From Candidatus Latescibacterota bacterium (GTDB taxonomy: Bacteria; Latescibacterota; UBA2968; GCA-2709665), in assembly GCA_965237675.1 (NCBI GenBank), contig OZ250150.1:96001-160000 (forward strand): a DNA stretch of 64,000 nucleotides, written 5' to 3'. Position numbers and translations under genes: made by a program. The notes beneath the pieces are model-generated. The model was not told the origin of the DNA. It searched no databases and was given only the letters and a program-made list of their open reading frames with translations. This document shows, in pieces, positions 9,261 to 20,598 of the stretch (positions within the stretch are counted from its first letter, which is position 1; the number at the start of each line of letters is the position of its first letter).

Positions 9261-10844
9261 CCGGCAAACTGCCAATAAACATCGATCACCTGCTTCGCCA
9301 TCGCCACATCGAAGGCGAACGCGTCGAGTACAAAACGGGCTGGAACCCGCAGAGCGTGCTGCACGCCATATGCGCCTTCGCCAACGACTTCCACAATCTG
9401 GGCGGTGGATACGTCGTCCTCGGCGTCGAGGAACAAAATGGCCGCCCAGTTTTGCCGCCCAAGGGCATCAGGCCCGATGCCATCGATGCGATACAGAAGG
9501 ACCTGCTGAATCTGGGCAATTCGCCGATCCAGCCCCATTATCACCCGCTCACGGGAACCTACGACATCGACGGGCGGAACATTCTCGTGCTCTGGGCGCC
9601 CGGCGGCGAAACCCGTCCCTATAAAGCCAAAGTGATTCTGAGTGCGCAACGCAGCGAGTGGGCTTACTACATCCGCAGACACAGCAGCACGGTTCGCGCC
9701 AGGGGTCAGGACGAGCGTGAACTGCTCAGTCTGGCGGCCACGGTACCTTTTGATGACCGCATATCGCCAGACTGCATCTCTCGACGACCTGTCCCATCGG
9801 CTGATCCGTGAGTTTCTAGGGGAAATCGGCAGCGAACTGGCATCGGAAGCAGTGGGCCTGTCTGTTGAGGACCTGGGCAGGCGCCTGAACATCGTCGGAG
9901 GCCCGCCCGAAGCGATGTACCCCAAGAACGTCGGGCTGCTTTTCTTCAACGACCGCCCGCACGACTTTTTTCCGGCAACCCAGATCGATGTCGTGTGGTT
10001 TCCGGATGGGCCGGGCGGAGATCAGTTCGAGGAGAAGGAGTTCCGTGGGCCGTTGTCCATCATCCTTAGCGAGGCGATCGGCTACATTGAGCGGAACTAT
10101 CTGAAGGAAACCGTCGTCAAGTATCCCCACAAGCCGGAGGCCGAGCGATTCTGGAATTTCCCGATTGGCGCCATTGAAGAGGCGCTGGTGAACGCCATCT
10201 ACCATCGCTCATACGAAGAGCGGGAGCCGGTGGAAGTTCGGATCACCCGCGAAGAATTGCTGGTCTTGAGTTATCCCGGGGCGGACCGCTCCATACGTAT
10301 GGATGACTTCAAGAAGGGGCAGGCCGTGAGCAGGCGCTACCGTAACCGGCGTATCGGTGAGTTTCTGAAAGAACTCGACCTCGCCGAGGCCCGCTCAACC
10401 GGGGTGCCGAAGATTTTCCGGTCCATGCGGCAGAACGGCTCACCGGAACCCATGTTCGAAAGCGACGAGGATCGGACCTGGTTTCTGGTGCGATTGCCAG
10501 TGCATGAACGGGCTTCTCTTGCGGAGACCGAACAAGATACCGGACAAGATAAGTCATTGATAAATAAGAAGAATGGTCAGGATACCCCACAAGATACCCC
10601 ACAAGATGTCGGACAGGTCTCCGATCATGTCGAGCAACTCGTGGTTGTACTCACCAGAGCGATGAGCCGCGCCCGTATCCAGGCAGCATTGGAACTCAAA
10701 GACCGGCACCACTTCCTCGCGTCGTACCTAAAGCCCGCCCTCAAGGCGGGGCTGATTGAAATGACCCTCCCGGACAAGCCCACCAGTCGCCACCAACGCT
10801 ATCGCCGAACCGCTCAAGGCGAGGCGCTCGCTGAACAAATCTAA
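9257..10844 (+). pseudogene. AlbA_2/Schlafen-like + HATPase_c_4 + C-terminal HTH protein, frameshifted near 9761
   Basis: EGERVEYK, ICAFAND, GGYVVLGV; EALVNAIYHRSY, RNRRI. Removing one A at 9761 joins FDDR to YRQTASLDDLS. Could be a sequencing error. Confidence 0.8.
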
Positions 10845-10960
10845 CGGAAGAATGCCCCCACATGAACACCGCTCCCATCATCTCCAAAGTCTGGAGCTTC
10901 TGCACCACCCTGCGCGATGACGGGGTGAGCTATGGCGACTACCTCGAGCAACTCACCTAT

Positions 10961-12648
10961 CCTGAATAATTCACAAAAAAGGTAGTTTCCATACCCAAGT
11001 CATTGTATTATATTATGGTTACGCAAATAACCTAATAACAATGAAACAGGAGGAAACTACCGTGGGAGTTCAAGATAAACATCACAGGTTGTCTTTCGCA
11101 AGTCTTTCTGGTAGGCAGGTAGAAGCCACGTTCGACGGGGGCGTGCTGACGACCGACGTCGGGGTGATGCTGCTTCGTGAGGTCGAGGCCAATGTCGGCA
11201 TTTTGCATCGGATGGTTGCGGCGCTCACCGATCATCGACATCAAAGTTACGTACATCATTCGATGATGGACCTGATCAAACAACGTGTCTTTCAGATGGC
11301 CTGTGGGTATGAGGATGCGAATGATTGCAAGACGTTACGCGAGGACCCCGGCTTCAAGGCGGCCTGTGATCGGTTGCCGTTGTCTGGCGCGGACCTGGCC
11401 AGTCAGCCCACGATGAGTCGGTTCGAGAACCGCATCAGCAGAACCGATTTGTATCGGATCGCCAAGGCCTTTGCGGATGTGTTTGTCGCCTCGTATGAGG
11501 AACCGCCGGAAGCCATTCTGTTGGACATCGATGACACCGAAGACAAGGTGCATGGGTCTCAACAGTTGTCGTTGTTCAATGCGTATTTCAATGGCTATTG
11601 CTACCAGCCCCTGCATATCTATGAAGGCCAAACCGGCAAGTTGATCACGACGGTCTTGCGTCCTGGCAGGCGGCCTGCGGGTAAAGAGATCGTCACCATC
11701 CTCAAACGGGTGATCGCCTACCTGCGTAAAGCCTGGCCCGACGTGGAGATCCTGTTACGTGGCGATGCGCATTTTTCGTGTCCGGAAGTGCACGTGTTGT
11801 GTGAGGAAGAAGATGTGTATTTTGTCCTCGGACAGAACGGCAACGCCAAACTCCTGCGGAAGGCACAGTCCTTGATAGACCAGGCCAAAACGCGGTATGC
11901 CGATTCCGGAGAAACCGTGCGCCTTTATCGCTGTTGGGCCTATCAGGCCGGCACCTGGGCGTGTCCACAACGCATCGTCTGCAAGGCGGAAGTGACACCG
12001 CAAGGTGTCAATATCCGATTCGTGGTCACCAACCTGAAGCGCGCCCAACCGTCATTCATCTACAAAACCGCCTATTGCACACGCGGCAGGATGGAAAACT
12101 TCATCAAAAATCACAAGACCTTTCTCCATTCCGATCGCACCTCTTGTCACACCTTCCAGGCCAATCACTTCCGTCTCTTTCTCCACAGCGCCGCCTATGT
12201 CCTGATGCACAGCCTGGCTGCAATCGGATTGCGCGGCACGAAGTGGACCAACGCACAGTTCAATACCCTGCAAAATCGTCTCTTGAAAGTCGCCGGGCGC
12301 GTTTGTGAGTTGAAAACTAAAATCAAGTTCCATCTGCCAACGGCGTTTCCACTCAAACACCTTTATGGCAAGATCCTCTATAATCTGGCAACGGGTGTTC
12401 CATAACCCATCGACGTGCTGACCCCGCCTTCACATTTGCATCGACCACCACCAAAGGTCATGGAGAAGTCTGTGCGCTTGACACGGGCATCGAGGTCAAC
12501 CTGACGTCACGAGGCAAAGCAGGCGCCGCCCAAACGGCTTGAACACGCCAAATCCGTCACAGCCCATGCGCTTTCGTTTCTTGTCTCACTCGGAAGCTCT
12601 TTCTGCTTCCTTAAAATGCTCTATCTGACGATTCATGAATTAATCGGG
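10961..12648 (+). mobile_element. IS1380-family insertion sequence
   Basis: Imperfect terminal IRs CCTGAATAATTCA / TGAATTAATCGGG; 4-bp target duplication CTAT (10957-10960, 12649-12652). Confidence 0.9.
11041..12405 (+). CDS. IS1380-family DDE transposase
   Basis: FDGGVLTTD.G, GYEDAND, ASQPTMSRFEN, LDIDDT, LRGDAHF, RGRMENFIK. Confidence 0.92.
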   Translation: MKQEETTVGVQDKHHRLSFASLSGRQVEATFDGGVLTTDVGVMLLREVEANVGILHRMVAALTDHRHQSYVHHSMMDLIKQRVFQMACGYEDANDCKTLREDPGFKAACDRLPLSGADLASQPTMSRFENRISRTDLYRIAKAFADVFVASYEEPPEAILLDIDDTEDKVHGSQQLSLFNAYFNGYCYQPLHIYEGQTGKLITTVLRPGRRPAGKEIVTILKRVIAYLRKAWPDVEILLRGDAHFSCPEVHVLCEEEDVYFVLGQNGNAKLLRKAQSLIDQAKTRYADSGETVRLYRCWAYQAGTWACPQRIVCKAEVTPQGVNIRFVVTNLKRAQPSFIYKTAYCTRGRMENFIKNHKTFLHSDRTSCHTFQANHFRLFLHSAAYVLMHSLAAIGLRGTKWTNAQFNTLQNRLLKVAGRVCELKTKIKFHLPTAFPLKHLYGKILYNLATGVP

Positions 12649-14321
12649 CTATCTGATCTTCCTAAAAATGGCCGACGAGTACGGCCAACCGCCCTACAAC
12701 CGCGATGTCGGCATTCCGGCAGACTTTAACTGGCAGAGCCTGAAGTCGAAAAGAGGCGCGGAACTCGACGGCCATTACGCCACCATGCTCCGCGAACTCG
12801 GGTCCAAGACGGGGATGCTTGGGCAGATTTTTACCAAGTCCCAAAACAAGATCCAGGATCCTGCAAAACTATACCGCCTCGTCGACATGGTGGACAACAC
12901 CGAATGGGTGACCATGGATGCCGACGTAAAGGGTGATATTTACGAAGGGCTTCTTGAGAAAAACGCTGAGGATACCAGGTCGGGCGCAGGACAGTATTTC
13001 ACGCCGCGCGCACTCATCCGCGCTATGGTCGAATGCGTACGCCCCGAACCAGGCACGCTAATTGCCGATCCAGCCTGCGGTACGGGCGGTTTCTTTCTCG
13101 CCGCCTACGACTTCATCACAAACCCGGACAACTTCAACCTGGACAGGGATCAGAAGGCGTTCCTCAAGCACGAGGCGTTTCACGGCAACGAGATCGTCGC
13201 CAATACACGCCGTTTGTGTCTGATGAATATGTTTCTCCACAACATTGGAGAGATCGACGGTGGCGTCCCCATATCGCCAAACGATTCGCTGGTGGCCGAT
13301 GCAGGCAAGCGCTTTGATTATGTGCTGGCGAATCCGCCCTTCGGCAAGAAGAGTTCGATGAGCTTCACGAACGAAGAGGGCGAACAAGAAAGGGACGACC
13401 TGACATACAACCGCCAGGACTTCTGGGCGACGACCTCAAACAAACAGCTCAACTTCGTTCAGCACATTCGCACGATGCTCAAGACCACCGGCCGAGCCGC
13501 CGTCGTCGTGCCGGACAACGTACTGTTCGAAGGCGGCGCCGGCGAGACGATTCGCAAGAAGCTGCTGGACAATACCGACCTGCACACCATCCTCCGCCTT
13601 CCGACCGGCGTGTTCTACGCGCAAGGCGTCAAAGCCAACGTGATCTTCTTCGACAATCACGAAGCTAGTCCCTCACTATGGACCAAACAGGTGTGGTACT
13701 ACGACTATCGAACCAATATTCACCACACCCTGAAGAAGAAGCCGATGCGCTTCGAAGATATGTCGGAATTCATTGAATGCTATAATCCGAAAAACCGGCA
13801 CCAGCGCAAGGCAACCTGGAACGAGAAGAATTCGCCGGAAGGCCGTTGGCGTAGCTACAGCTACGAGGAGATATGTGCGCGTGACAAGACCAGCCTCGAT
13901 ATCTTCTGGCTCAAGGACAAGAGCCTGACTGACCTGGACAACCTGCCCGAACCCGACAAACTCGCGGAAGAGATCATCGAAAACCTCGAAGCTGGGCTCA
14001 ACAGCTTTCGCCAGGTTCTGGCTGGCTTGGAGTCTCGGTAGGCATCATTATAAACTGTTGTTTTTTCTTTGAACCACATGGTTCGAGATTTCGTTACCTA
14101 CGTCTCCGCTCTGGTTGCTACCTACTGGAGCAACCATTGTCCGGTGGGACTCTGACCCACTGGAGTTCCGCGCCTTTTCACGGCGCACTGAATTATCCAG
14201 ATTAAATAAGACCAGAGGAGGCATTTCGATGGCTGCAATATTGAACGTGATGTGGATTGGGGTTTTCACGGTCAAGGGGTGCTGTCTCAATGCGTGTGGA
14301 GGCCGCGTGTTGGGCACAGTG

Positions 14322-16499
14322 ATGCGGCGGAATAAATGCGATTCCGAGATTTTTTGGGTGCTGCCGTGCGGCCTATGGCGCCGTGCGGCGGCCGTGTCGA
14401 CGGTGATCGGTGCCGCGCTCGCGATGTGCCTGTTCGGCAGCGCGGGCGTGGCCCACGCCCAGTCGTCCCAAGTTCTGGTGAGCAATATCGGGCAGGGCTT
14501 TGCAACATCTGGTGGCACTGAGTTCGGTGTGGCGCAGGCATTTCGCACGGGTGCCAACACCGACGGCTACACCCTGACCAGCATCGAGCTTCGGCTGTCC
14601 CTTTCCATGAACCCCACGGTGACCCTTCGACGCGGCTCCGTAGCGGGAAGTGAGGTGGCCTCTTTCACGGCCCCGTTAACACCAACCGGAATAAGCTTCG
14701 CCAACATCACGTTCACACCGACGACAACCGTCACGCTCGACAGGAACACCGACTACTGGGTGGTGGCCGCTGGTGGAAGCTCTCGGTGGACCTGGAGCGT
14801 GACCGGCCCCGACGAGGACGCCACCGCCGCCCCTGGCTGGAGCATCGCCGACCGGGGTCAATCCTACAATCCGAATTCAGGCTCCTGGGAGGACAACGGC
14901 GGCGATTTGGCTTGGCAGATCAGCGTCAAGGGCACGATCAACCCGCCTCCGCCACCTCCTCCCCCGCCACCACCACCTCCACCACCTCCACCTCCACCAC
15001 CGCCCTCCGTGCCTGATGCGCCGACGGTGACGGAGATGTCGACGACCAGCTTGACGGTCAGTTGGACAGCACCAACAACCAACGGGACGCCCATCACGGG
15101 CTACGATCTCCGCTATCGCCAGGACAGTACCGGCGAGTTCATGGAGGGCCCGCAGGACGTGACGGGTACCAGCGCGACCATTGAGGGCCTGATCCCCGAC
15201 ACAGAATACGAGGTGCAGGTGCGGTCCAGCGGGTCTTCGGGCGACAGCGAGTGGGTGGCGCTGAGCACCGTGCGGACGAATGCACCGCCGCCGCCTCCGG
15301 TTGCGCCTGCGGTGAAGGAGACGTCGTCGAGCAGCTTGACGGTCAGTTGGACGGCACCGACGACCGAAGGGGATCCCATTACAGGTTACGACCTGCGCTA
15401 CCGTGTGGGTAGCGATGGGGATTGGACGGACGGCCCACAGGATGTGACGAACACGAACGCGGCCATAGAGGGACTGGACCCTGACACGGAATACGAGGTG
15501 CAGGTGCGCACAAAAAGCGCGGCGGGCGACGGCGAGTGGACGGCGCTGGGGATGGTGAGGACGGAGATCCTGGTTCTGTATGACCTTTTCTCGCTTTCGC
15601 TGGATCTGGACTCTTCGGACAGGGATCAATACGTCTCGATGCTGAATGTCTCCCCCGGTGGCGTTGTACCCATACAGGTATTCGGCAGGGATATCCGGGG
15701 TACGCGCAGTCTCGATCTTCGGGTGGGCTATGATGCGACGCAGGTTGTGTTTGCGGGGTTCGACGTCGGCGATGCGTTGCCGAGTGTTACTGCATTGGTG
15801 AAGCAGGATTCGACCATTGTGGAGATGGGTATCGCGTCTTTGGGGAGTCGGGCGATGGTGGACAGCGGGCTGGTGGGAACTGTCCGGTTCAGGACGACGG
15901 ATGCGTTTTCGGAGACAGAGATCCGTGTGGAGGGGGTGGATCTTATCCGGGGCGATCATCCAGAGGCGATGACGCGTTCGGTGAGCATCCTTCTGCAGGC
16001 TGCTGCGCCGCCTTCAGCGGATTTCGACGGTAGCGGGAGGGTGGCCTTTGCGGACTTTGTGTTGTTTGCGAGCGTGTTCGGTAGCGGGGAGGGTGAGGGG
16101 AAATATGGGTCACGATACGACTTGAACAGCGACGGCGGGATCGGTTTTGACGATTTCGTGTTCTTTGTGACGAGCTTCGGCGATACGGTGAACCGTCCTC
16201 CCGTTTTCGCCCTACCTTTGCCCGTGAAGCTTTCCGTGGCCGAGAACACGCCGGAGGGACAGCCGATAGGGGATCCCGTCAATGCTACCGACCCCGACGG
16301 CGATACGCTCACGTACAGCTTGTGGGGTGCCGACGCAGAACAATTCGCCATTGACGCGAGCACCGGGCAGGTTCTCACAAAGGGGGCGTATAACTACGAG
16401 CAGAAACGCGGATATGCGGTCATCGTGCGCGGCAGTGACAGCAAGGGCGGACAGGTAAGCGTTGTTTTAAGGATCACGATCACCGAGGAATCCGAGTAA
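14322..16499 (+). CDS. Secreted surface protein: poly-Pro linker, 2x fibronectin III, cohesin-like, EF-hand/dockerin-like and cadherin domains (start uncertain)
   Basis: Signal-like segment ending AHA-Q; ~21 Pro; two LTVSWTAP..ITGYDLRYR..TEYEVQVR repeats; DFDGSGRV.FADF and DLNSDGGIGFDDF; VAEN..ATDPDGD.LTYSL. Confidence 0.8.
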   Translation: MRRNKCDSEIFWVLPCGLWRRAAAVSTVIGAALAMCLFGSAGVAHAQSSQVLVSNIGQGFATSGGTEFGVAQAFRTGANTDGYTLTSIELRLSLSMNPTVTLRRGSVAGSEVASFTAPLTPTGISFANITFTPTTTVTLDRNTDYWVVAAGGSSRWTWSVTGPDEDATAAPGWSIADRGQSYNPNSGSWEDNGGDLAWQISVKGTINPPPPPPPPPPPPPPPPPPPPPSVPDAPTVTEMSTTSLTVSWTAPTTNGTPITGYDLRYRQDSTGEFMEGPQDVTGTSATIEGLIPDTEYEVQVRSSGSSGDSEWVALSTVRTNAPPPPPVAPAVKETSSSSLTVSWTAPTTEGDPITGYDLRYRVGSDGDWTDGPQDVTNTNAAIEGLDPDTEYEVQVRTKSAAGDGEWTALGMVRTEILVLYDLFSLSLDLDSSDRDQYVSMLNVSPGGVVPIQVFGRDIRGTRSLDLRVGYDATQVVFAGFDVGDALPSVTALVKQDSTIVEMGIASLGSRAMVDSGLVGTVRFRTTDAFSETEIRVEGVDLIRGDHPEAMTRSVSILLQAAAPPSADFDGSGRVAFADFVLFASVFGSGEGEGKYGSRYDLNSDGGIGFDDFVFFVTSFGDTVNRPPVFALPLPVKLSVAENTPEGQPIGDPVNATDPDGDTLTYSLWGADAEQFAIDASTGQVLTKGAYNYEQKRGYAVIVRGSDSKGGQVSVVLRITITEESE

Positions 16500-16920
16500 C
16501 TCTTGCAGTCGCAACATCGACAGACATTCGAATTCTCGTCCCGAAAGCTTTGCCTTTCAGTATCCGCAGAACAGAAGGACCTCGGCAAAGTGGCTCAAGC
16601 AACCCAGCTACAAACGTCCTTGTCAGGGAGATAGATTTATGGTCATGAAATCTATCGGTACGGTCAGCCAGTTCTCGGACTCCGTTCGGAAACAAGCTTA
16701 CGAGTGCAAATCACAAACTCATTGAACTCGTCGTCCAGGGCGTTGAATTTCAGGACGGAGACATCAAATCCGCCGCTTAATCCATCAGGATACGCTCGCC
16801 GCCATCCACAACATTTGACAATATCTCTTCGAATCTTGGATGCGCCGCTGGCCTTTAGCAAAACTGGACGCGTAGTTGGTCGCAAACTCGAAACTGGGTT
16901 GTTGATAAGCCAAGTTGGCA

Positions 16921-19900
16921 ATGGAAAACACACCTAATCTCATGCAACCAACCAACGACATCATTCTTCCATTGGATGCCTTCGTACGTTCCGTCGGCGT
17001 CCGGCGTGCCACACAGCATGCATTCTTTATTGGTGCCGGCGCGTCCGTGAGTTCAGGCGTTCCATCGGCTGAAGCATGCATCTGGGAATGGAAACGAGAG
17101 CTTTTTCTTACCAATAATCCCGGTCTCGAAAAACAGTTTTCAGAATTGTCCCTCCCGAGTGTCCAAGCAAGAATACAACAGTGGCTTGATCGGCAGGGAA
17201 TTTATCCCGAGCGAGGATCATCCGAAGAATACGGAATCTACATCGAACATTGTTTTCCGATTTCACATGACCGCCGCGCGTTTTTTCAGGAGAAGATACG
17301 TGATGCCCGTCCGTATATCGGGTATCAGCTATTGTGCCATCTTGCCGTAGCCGACCTGGTTCGTTCGATATGGTCTACAAACTTTGACGGTCTAGTCGCG
17401 CGTGCGGCAGCTCGATTTAGTCTCACACCGCTTGAGGTCGGAATCGATTCGCAGGACCGGCTACCACATCAGGTAAACAAAGGCGAACTGCTCTGTGTTT
17501 CCTTGCACGGTGACTACCGATACGACGAACTCAAGAACACGCCCGATGAGCTTCAGAGACAAGAGAAAGACCTGGGCAACGCCCTTATCGACGAAATACG
17601 CTCAAAGCCGGTGGTCGTTTGTGGTTATAGCGGACGTGACAACTCCATTATGGATTCTCTACAGACGGCGTTCAACGAGGCTGGCGGCGGCACGTTATAC
17701 TGGTGCGGGTACAGCGATGGCAATATTCCAGACCGAGTAGATACGCTCATACGCCATGCCCGTAAAAACGGGACAGAAGCCTATTACGTCCCCTCTTTGG
17801 GTTTTGACGACTTAATGACCCGCCTTGCGTTTCATTGCCTGGAAGGCGACCGCCGAGAAACCGCCCGAAAGGATATCGTCGACATCGCACCAGCCAGCCT
17901 GCTTGAACGGCAGCCATTTCAGATGTCTGAGTTCAATGTCAACACGATGATCAAGAGCAACGCTTTCGAGATCCACTGTCCAAGCGAGGTGCTTTCATTT
18001 GACCTCAACACATGGCCTAAGGAGCGAGTCTGGTTCTGGCTGCGTGAGAAGATCGGCGGACGGCCGGTAGTCGCGGTACCATTCAAGGGAAAAGTGCTTG
18101 CGCTTGGACTCGTAGATGACATCAGGGACGTCTTCGATGACAGAATCAAGGGAACGATCGATCGAACTCCAGTGAGCCCGGACGAACTGCGTTATGAGGA
18201 CGGCGCCGTCGTCGGGCTGATGCGTCAAGCGCTCGTGCGTTCCCTCGCACATGCCGCCGGCGTCTCCACGGATGGAAAGTCCGAGTTGTGGTTGAACGAC
18301 CCAGTAAAGAAACAGCGGCAAGGAGACCAACTATGTCTCGCGTACGATTCGGTTCTAGTATTCCTGCGACGGTTTGGCGACACCCAATATGCCGTTTTTA
18401 AGCCTTCGATCAGAGTGTTCGACGAGAACGGATCACAAGTTCCTCGAAACATCGCTGAACCTATAAGGCTGGGCATTCTCGGCTATCAGCACAACAAGCC
18501 GTTCAACGGCGCCGTGAACAAATGGCGAAACCTTCTCTTCTCCAATTCAAACGAGAAAATCGTTACTTTCGGATTCCCGTACGGATCTGACTCGAGCTTT
18601 AGATTCCGCATCAGGCGTTCACCTGTGTTCGCACAGATTGGAATGCCGCGCGGTGGAAGAATTCCATCTATTCCTCAAAGTCTCGTACCGCTCCTAAAAT
18701 ACAAAGGGATGGAGCTTTCCGAACCTGAACTAATGTTCTGCGACAGGTCGGGTACCGGCACGGCGACTGATGTACATCCGATTCGCGGCATTCTATCCAA
18801 TCGTCCTTACGATTATTCGCTAACTCTCAAAGGGCTCGCCCCTTCGCTCCGCATCGGTGTGATCTGCCCCCGATCCGAATCCACAGTTTTTGCGAGATAT
18901 CTGGAAAAAGTAAGGCAGCAGCATCGACCGGCTCAGTCCGAACGGGACTATCTGTTCGACTATCCGGGATTTCAGCAGGCTTACGCGCTGCCAATAGAAA
19001 CTCCAGAACCGGGAGATCCTGGATGGATTATCGTCAATGAGCCGTCCGGGGACTGCCAACAAGCCGAGGCCGTATCCGTTGCACGTCAAATCACAAGCAC
19101 TCTCGAAGCTCTGTTTTCTTCTCAATCGCCACACGTCGTCCTGATTTTTTTCCCTACACGATGGGAGCACCTGCGCGGATACCGCGACGACAACGAGCGT
19201 TTCGATGTTCATGATTTCGTGAAAGCCTACGCTGTTCAACGTGGGATTCCTACGCAATTCCTGACTCAGGAGACACTTTCGGATAGCCAGCAGTGCCGGG
19301 TCTGGTGGTGGCTGTCGCTCGCCCTATACGTTAAGGGAATGCGCACTCCCTGGATATTGGACGGGCTCGACGACGAAACTGCTTTTGTTGGGCTCGGATT
19401 TAGCCTTGATCACAGCGCCGAAAAGGGGGCGCAGGTTGTCCTCGGTTGCAGCCACATCTACAGTTCGCGGGGTGAAGGACTGCAATACCGCCTTAGCAAG
19501 ATTGAGAATCCGCTCATTCGTGGCAGGAATCCCTTTATGTCGAGGGACGATGCACGCAGAACCGGTGAAACCATCCGCCAACTTTTCTTTGAGGCAAGGT
19601 CAAGGCTGCCTAGTCGGGTAGTTCTTCACAAACGGACACCGTTTTTAAGGCAGGAACGCGAGGGCTTGGTTGATGGACTCGGTGAGGTAGGTACAATTGA
19701 CATGATAGAAATACAAGTGGATCACGCGCTTAGGTATGTCGCTTCGAAGACACTTCCGAACGGCGGGATGGATGAAGATAACTATCCGGTGCGGCGTGGA
19801 ACCGTAATGAAACAGGACGACTTCTCGTCTTTGCTTTGGGTACACGGTGCAACTGCCGCCGTCAATCCCAGACTCAGATATTACCAGGGCAAGAGACGAA

Positions 19901-20115
19901 TCCCTGCACCGCTCGGTCTTCGCCGGCACGTGGGCAGTACGTCGCTCGATCAACTCAGCACCGAGATTCTTGGCCTATCAAAAATGGACTGGAATTCCTT
20001 TGACCTGTACAGCAAAATGCCGGCTACGCTTCAGTCGTCAGGTGAAATTGCCCGCATCGGTTCACTGCTAGAGCGATTTGGCGCGTCCTCTTACGACTAT
20101 CGGCTGTTTATTTAG
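16921..20115 (+). CDS. SIR2-(APAZ)-Argonaute single-chain fusion (SPARSA-type short pAgo)
   Basis: SIR2 motifs FIGAGAS, STNFD, LHGDY, GYSGRD; MID/PIWI C-terminus (GIPTQF, LYVK, VGLGFS, VVLHK, EILGLSKMDWNS, YDYRLFI). Confidence 0.9.
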   Translation: MENTPNLMQPTNDIILPLDAFVRSVGVRRATQHAFFIGAGASVSSGVPSAEACIWEWKRELFLTNNPGLEKQFSELSLPSVQARIQQWLDRQGIYPERGSSEEYGIYIEHCFPISHDRRAFFQEKIRDARPYIGYQLLCHLAVADLVRSIWSTNFDGLVARAAARFSLTPLEVGIDSQDRLPHQVNKGELLCVSLHGDYRYDELKNTPDELQRQEKDLGNALIDEIRSKPVVVCGYSGRDNSIMDSLQTAFNEAGGGTLYWCGYSDGNIPDRVDTLIRHARKNGTEAYYVPSLGFDDLMTRLAFHCLEGDRRETARKDIVDIAPASLLERQPFQMSEFNVNTMIKSNAFEIHCPSEVLSFDLNTWPKERVWFWLREKIGGRPVVAVPFKGKVLALGLVDDIRDVFDDRIKGTIDRTPVSPDELRYEDGAVVGLMRQALVRSLAHAAGVSTDGKSELWLNDPVKKQRQGDQLCLAYDSVLVFLRRFGDTQYAVFKPSIRVFDENGSQVPRNIAEPIRLGILGYQHNKPFNGAVNKWRNLLFSNSNEKIVTFGFPYGSDSSFRFRIRRSPVFAQIGMPRGGRIPSIPQSLVPLLKYKGMELSEPELMFCDRSGTGTATDVHPIRGILSNRPYDYSLTLKGLAPSLRIGVICPRSESTVFARYLEKVRQQHRPAQSERDYLFDYPGFQQAYALPIETPEPGDPGWIIVNEPSGDCQQAEAVSVARQITSTLEALFSSQSPHVVLIFFPTRWEHLRGYRDDNERFDVHDFVKAYAVQRGIPTQFLTQETLSDSQQCRVWWWLSLALYVKGMRTPWILDGLDDETAFVGLGFSLDHSAEKGAQVVLGCSHIYSSRGEGLQYRLSKIENPLIRGRNPFMSRDDARRTGETIRQLFFEARSRLPSRVVLHKRTPFLRQEREGLVDGLGEVGTIDMIEIQVDHALRYVASKTLPNGGMDEDNYPVRRGTVMKQDDFSSLLWVHGATAAVNPRLRYYQGKRRIPAPLGLRRHVGSTSLDQLSTEILGLSKMDWNSFDLYSKMPATLQSSGEIARIGSLLERFGASSYDYRLFI

Positions 20116-20175
20116 GCCACGGTTAAGGTACCAACGTAAGTGTCAGCGATTCAATTGCAATTCATCGGAGGCATA

Positions 20176-20439
20176 ATGAAGCTCACTAAGGTACGCGTTA
20201 CAGAATTCCAAAGCATCCAGGATTCGACCGAGTTCGACATCGATGATGTCACCTGTCTGGTCGGAAAGAATGAAGCAGGTAAAACCGCGCTTTTGAAGGC
20301 TCTCTACCGGCTAAAACCCATAATTGAAGGAGACGGTCGCATTGATGTGACCGATGACTATCCGAGTCGATCGGTTGTCGACTATGAGTCGGACGTAGCA
20401 ACTGAACGCCGAGAGCCTGCAACAGTAGTTCAGGCCACG
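20176..20439 (+). pseudogene. Truncated N-terminal copy of the OLD-family ATPase
   Basis: MKLTKVRVTEFQSI..LVGKNEAGKTALL parallels 20599 onward; homology stops at ~20439. Confidence 0.85.
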
Positions 20440-20598
20440 CCCTTCCGCCTCGCAGGAGCGTCGCTTGTGGGCGCCCGGCCTCCGGCGGCGGGGCTCCACC
20501 GTAGCAATTCGCGGCATGTCGGCATCTGATTTTTTGCGAATCAAATTCAGTTCCAAAGTAAGTGTGAGCGATTCAATTTGCAATTCATCGGAGGCACA

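Larger units (their letters stand above)
10862..14041 (+). pseudogene. hsdM: Type I R-M N6-adenine methyltransferase, interrupted by IS
   Basis: MNTAPIISKVWSFCTTLRDDGVSYGDYLEQLTY (10862-10960) continues LIFLKMADE at 12653; GQYFTP, DPACGTGGF and NPPF motifs. Confidence 0.92.

Noticed and set aside
14943-15005. CCN run as a DNA microsatellite
   Set aside because: Mixed third positions show a coding poly-Pro linker
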